Source: an uncultured Verrucomicrobiae bacterium (GTDB taxonomy: Bacteria > Verrucomicrobiota > Verrucomicrobiia > Chthoniobacterales > UBA10450). From it: 64,000 bases of DNA. A program made the position numbers and the translations under genes. Location of the stretch: the NCBI GenBank assembly GCA_963735805.1, contig CAVTMK010000002.1, forward strand, positions 1,440,001 to 1,504,000, read 5' to 3'. The number at the start of each line of letters is the position of its first letter. Position 1 is the first letter of the stretch. The notes beneath the pieces are model-generated. The model worked only from the letters and a program-made list of their open reading frames with translations, was not told the DNA's origin and did no database searches. Shown one piece after another: positions 60,086 to 64,000 of this stretch.

Positions 60086-61072
60086 TCAGGGGACCGGCAA
60101 TCCGGCGAAAATCCTCTCAATAATGGTTTCGCTGGTGACTGCTTCCGCTTCGGCTTCGTAGCTGACGATGATGCGATGCCGCAACACGTCAGCGCCGATA
60201 CTCTTTACGTCCTGCGGTGTGACGTAACCACGGCCGTTCAAAAACGCGTGGGCCCGGGCGCCGAGTGCAAGATAAATTGTGGCACGCGGTGAGGCGCCGT
60301 AACGAATCAACCCTTCCAGTCGCAGGTTGTACGTCGCCGGTTCGCGAGTCGCCCAAACAACGTCCACGATGTAGTCCTTTACGCGGTCATCGATGTAAAT
60401 GCTGTTGACCACCTCGCGCGCGGCGATGATTTGCTTGGGGTCAACCACCGGATCGACGCGTAAATCCGGCGTTGAAGTCGCCATCAGATCGAGAATGTTT
60501 CGTTCTTCGGACTTTTGCGGGTAGCCAATATTTAATTTGAACATGAAGCGGTCGAGCTGCGCTTCGGGTAGTTGATAAGTCCCTTCCTGTTCAATCGGAT
60601 TCTGGGTCGCCAAAACAAGAAATGGATCGGAGAGCGGGTAGGTTTGTTCGCCAATCGTTACTTGCCTCTCCTGCATCGCTTCCAGCAACGCGCTCTGCAC
60701 CTTTGCCGGTGCACGATTGATTTCGTCCGCCAGGATGAGATTCGAAAAAATCGGGCCAAGCTTGGTGGTAAATTCCCCCGTCCGCGGATTATAGATCAGC
60801 GTGCCGATCAGGTCTGCCGGCAAAAGGTCCGGCGTAAATTGCAATCTTTGAAAGCCTGTCTGTATACAAGAGGCCATAGTTTTTACGGTGAGCGTCTTGG
60901 CCAGGCCCGGGACGCCCTCGAGCAGGAGATGTCCGTTCGCGAGCAGCCCAAGTAGGAGCCGATCTACCAAATACTTCTGGCCTATCACAACGTGACCAAC
61001 TTGTTGGCGAAGCCCCGGAATCCATTGGCCCAGGTCCCGAACTTCCTGTGTAATCTCCTGCGTCGATTTCAT
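60086..61072 (-). CDS. moxR: MoxR-family AAA+ ATPase
   Basis: GVPGLAKT, QFTPDLLPAD, LADEINRAPAKVQSALLEAM, ATQNPIEQEGTY. Confidence 0.96.
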   Translation of the reverse strand: MKSTQEITQEVRDLGQWIPGLRQQVGHVVIGQKYLVDRLLLGLLANGHLLLEGVPGLAKTLTVKTMASCIQTGFQRLQFTPDLLPADLIGTLIYNPRTGEFTTKLGPIFSNLILADEINRAPAKVQSALLEAMQERQVTIGEQTYPLSDPFLVLATQNPIEQEGTYQLPEAQLDRFMFKLNIGYPQKSEERNILDLMATSTPDLRVDPVVDPKQIIAAREVVNSIYIDDRVKDYIVDVVWATREPATYNLRLEGLIRYGASPRATIYLALGARAHAFLNGRGYVTPQDVKSIGADVLRHRIIVSYEAEAEAVTSETIIERIFAGLPVP

Positions 61073-61226
61073 ACGGACTCGTGAGACACGCAGGGCAGGG
61101 GGAATGTTCGATCAAACGTGCCGCAACCTGCTGACTTTCTGCTCATTTCGCTTACAAATCCAATCCTTCCTACTGGTCTGCTCGGAGGGAGCACACCGCC
61201 AGAATGATGCTAAACGTTAGATCACA

Positions 61227-64000
61227 ATGTTTGTTTCCAAGCCGTGGCCTCGAGCAATTTTGATCACTGTGCTCGCTGGTATCGCGATGTTACTCCTCGC
61301 ATGCTTCGCGTGGCGGGATCCGGCAATAAATTTTTTACCACGCGATGGCCGTGCGGACTGGATAGTCTTTCCTACGGCAGTTGATGCGCACGCCCATTGG
61401 TTTACCGGCCTCGACGCAACGTTTCGCCGGGAATTTATTTTGACGGACCGACCCGCCACGGCGCCTTTGAGCATCTGCGCAATGCGGCGTGCTGAAGTAA
61501 GAATCAACGGTATTTGGGTCAGTTTTCCGGCGAACCGTAACTGGAAGAAGACTGCGACCATCGACGTTGCCGAATACTTGCGGACCGGGACGAACATGAT
61601 TGAAGTGCGCGTTTTCAACCATAATGGTCCGCCAGCCTTCTGGCTGAAATTGACTACTGATCAAGGAGGCTTGCGCAGCGATACAAGTTGGGAAGTCTCG
61701 CTTGCTGGTTCTTCATGGCATCACGCGACGCTGGCGACGTCAGCGAAGGCGCCGGGGCCCGGCAATTCAATTGCTGGTGGCGAAAGCTCCTTCGCCGCAG
61801 CCCAGAAAATCTGGGTTCTCTGGATTGTTCTTATTGCGATTGCTTCTGTAGCGGCGGCCTTTATCTGGAATCTCAGCCCTAAGAATTTCACAGCGCGGCG
61901 ACCGGAGAAAACGCTGTTGATTGTCGTCGCCGGCCTCTGGTTGCTTTTATTCTGGAATAACACGCGACTACTACCATTCCACGAAGGCTTCGATTCAACG
62001 GAGCATCTTAAATACATCACCTACATCCAGGAACATCGAGCGTTTCCGCTGCCGACTGAAGGTTTGGAAATGTATCAGCCGCCGCTCTATTACTTGATCG
62101 GCGCGGCAGTTCTCTCAGCATGCAAGCTGTCAGTCAACGATCCGGTGTCGGTCACCGTTTTGCGTTTCCTTGGAGGATTTTTCGGCATCGCACAATTCGT
62201 TTTCGTTTTTTTGAGTGTGCGGCTCCTGCTTCCGCTGCGAGCGGCATTTATCGGCCTTTTGTTAGCAGCGTTTCTGCCGATGCATTTGTACCTGGCACAG
62301 TATGTGACGAACGAAATGCTGGCTGCGACTCTGGCGACGACGGCGCTTTATCTCTGTTTGTCTCTACTGAAGAGTGAAGTGCCGCGAGTATCGCAGTTTG
62401 CCTGGCTTGGGTTGGTGCTTGGCGCGGCGATGCTTGCCAAAGCGACCACCGTTTTGCTGCTTCCCGTCATAGTTGTTGCGATCGCTGGTAAGCTCATGTG
62501 CGCCCGGGTACCAATCGCCAACTCCGTACGCAATCTCGGGCTGCTACTTGCGATTTGTTTGGCTGTGTGCGGCTGGCATTACGCGCGCATCTGGCGGGAA
62601 TTCGGCACCCCGCTCCTTGGCAACTGGGATGTAGCCAGCGGGTTTACGTGGTGGCAGGATCCCGGTTATCACACGGTGGCTGATTACTTCCGATTCGGTC
62701 GATCGTTGCTGTATCCGTTGTTTAGCGGTTTCGCCGGATTTGCCGATGGGGTTTATTCCACACTGTGGGGCGACGGATTGTGCGGAGGGGCGTCGAGCTT
62801 GACACTCGCCTGGAACCAACAGCCAATGATCGCCGGTTATCTATCGGCGCTGATTCCCACTGTGCTGGTTCTTACGGGCACGATTGCCGCACTCGTTTGG
62901 TTCATCCGAAAACCCTCAAGCGAATTGTTTCTCCTACTTGGATTCTCCGCAGTGCTTGTGGTGGGCATGATCTTTATGACGTTAAAGGTTCCTTCGTATG
63001 CGCAAGCGAAAGCATTCTACGGGTTGTCGGCTCTCATGCCTTTTTGTTTCTTTGGTGCTTTGGGTTGGGAAACGGTGACACACACGAAGAAACTTCTGCA
63101 GCTCATTCTTGGTTTGCTCATCCTGGTTTGGGCGATGAACAGCTTCGCCGCTTACTGGATTGTTCCTTCGGTTACGCAGCATCTCTACGCCGCAAAAGCT
63201 CTCGCTACCCAGGACAAGATCGACTTGGCTGCCGCCGAAGCGCTTAAGGCCGTAAAAACAGATCCTTCGAACGCAATCGCGCGGGGTTTTCGCGCGTTGA
63301 GCTTGAGCGAGCTGGGGCAAGATAAGGGAGCCATTGAGGAAGCCGAACGCGCGCTTGAATTGAATCCGACCGGTTCGGGCCCGCATTTGGATCTGGCCAT
63401 TTGTGTAAAACCGAGCGACCAGGAGCGTGCGATCGCCGAAGCTCGCCGCGCTATTGAGCTGGGCCCGGAGAATTCTTCGGCCTACCAATTCCTCATAAAT
63501 TGTCTCTTGGAATCACAACATTACACCGAAGCGGCGGACCTGGGTCGAGAATGGTTGGTTGTTTCGCCTTACGATGCGGCTGCTCATTCTGCCCTGGGAT
63601 CAGCTCTGGCGGCGAAGGGCGATCTTGTCCCGGCGGTGCAACACCTCGGTTATGTCATGATGTTGAGGCCGGACCTTGAACAGGCTCATGCGCAATTGCG
63701 GCAGATTTTGCTGTCGTTCGCAAAGGAGTCTGACGGCTTGCAGCGGTTGCGCGAGATCGCAGCAAATGCGCCGGACTCGCCGCGAATGCTGGACGAAGTT
63801 GCATGGTTGCTTGCAACATATCCCGATTCGAAATCCCGTGACGGGGTCGAAGCAGTCCGCCTTGCCGAACGCGCCTGCGCTCTGACTGAACGGCGGATTC
63901 CCGCTCTTCTAGATACTCTGGCTGCGGCTTACGCTGAGGCAGGAGATTTTTCGCGAGCAATCAGCGCCGGAGAGGAAGCGCTGAAACGCGGGGGCTCTTC
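61227..64000 (+). CDS. Large GT-C (ArnT/PMT-like) glycosyltransferase with N-terminal beta-sandwich and C-terminal TPRs; runs off the window
   Basis: Absent from the ORF track, as expected for a frame with no stop. ATG 61227: FRREF...INGIWV...DVAEYLRTGTN; FDSTEH...YQPPLYY; TMs; same frame ends with AWLLATYPD...LDTLAAAYAEAGDF. Confidence 0.8.
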   Translation, partial: MFVSKPWPRAILITVLAGIAMLLLACFAWRDPAINFLPRDGRADWIVFPTAVDAHAHWFTGLDATFRREFILTDRPATAPLSICAMRRAEVRINGIWVSFPANRNWKKTATIDVAEYLRTGTNMIEVRVFNHNGPPAFWLKLTTDQGGLRSDTSWEVSLAGSSWHHATLATSAKAPGPGNSIAGGESSFAAAQKIWVLWIVLIAIASVAAAFIWNLSPKNFTARRPEKTLLIVVAGLWLLLFWNNTRLLPFHEGFDSTEHLKYITYIQEHRAFPLPTEGLEMYQPPLYYLIGAAVLSACKLSVNDPVSVTVLRFLGGFFGIAQFVFVFLSVRLLLPLRAAFIGLLLAAFLPMHLYLAQYVTNEMLAATLATTALYLCLSLLKSEVPRVSQFAWLGLVLGAAMLAKATTVLLLPVIVVAIAGKLMCARVPIANSVRNLGLLLAICLAVCGWHYARIWREFGTPLLGNWDVASGFTWWQDPGYHTVADYFRFGRSLLYPLFSGFAGFADGVYSTLWGDGLCGGASSLTLAWNQQPMIAGYLSALIPTVLVLTGTIAALVWFIRKPSSELFLLLGFSAVLVVGMIFMTLKVPSYAQAKAFYGLSALMPFCFFGALGWETVTHTKKLLQLILGLLILVWAMNSFAAYWIVPSVTQHLYAAKALATQDKIDLAAAEALKAVKTDPSNAIARGFRALSLSELGQDKGAIEEAERALELNPTGSGPHLDLAICVKPSDQERAIAEARRAIELGPENSSAYQFLINCLLESQHYTEAADLGREWLVVSPYDAAAHSALGSALAAKGDLVPAVQHLGYVMMLRPDLEQAHAQLRQILLSFAKESDGLQRLREIAANAPDSPRMLDEVAWLLATYPDSKSRDGVEAVRLAERACALTERRIPALLDTLAAAYAEAGDFSRAISAGEEALKRGGS

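Overview
Gene-dense bacterial chromosomal segment. Gene content (alpha2-type GlyRS, MoxR/Bat operon, PVC-style TPR motifs, many intergenic REP-like hairpins) suggests Verrucomicrobiota, probably Chthoniobacterales; that assignment is inference. Most of the window is housekeeping (glnB, uppP, purA, uppS, fabG, msrA, pgl, murJ, two GDHs, fahA, glyQS, murI, valS, cstA, moxR-bat). Four things stand out. (1) 1-10.2 kb is a Phe/Tyr-catabolism and pterin locus: hmgA, folE, a decayed second folE, a three-domain PTPS whose domains have degenerated in complementary ways, an SDR, and a long-form phenylalanine hydroxylase. A Cys-rich ArsR/SufR-like regulator sits in it, with the same 23-bp palindrome at both divergent promoters. 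(2) tRNA-Val(CAC) is followed by an integrase-less islet with two further copies of the tRNA 3' end. These bracket a small GIY-YIG nuclease gene, and the last copy carries a 37-nt hairpin inserted in its T-arm. (3) A REP-like inverted doublet lies in frame inside valS, and other REP-like elements overlap stop codons. (4) An orphan aryl-polyene-like tailoring cassette includes a sulfotransferase and a stand-alone PKS-type methyltransferase. Three genes carry single-base +1 insertions that may be assembly errors. All calls come from reading motifs by eye; no database searches were run.
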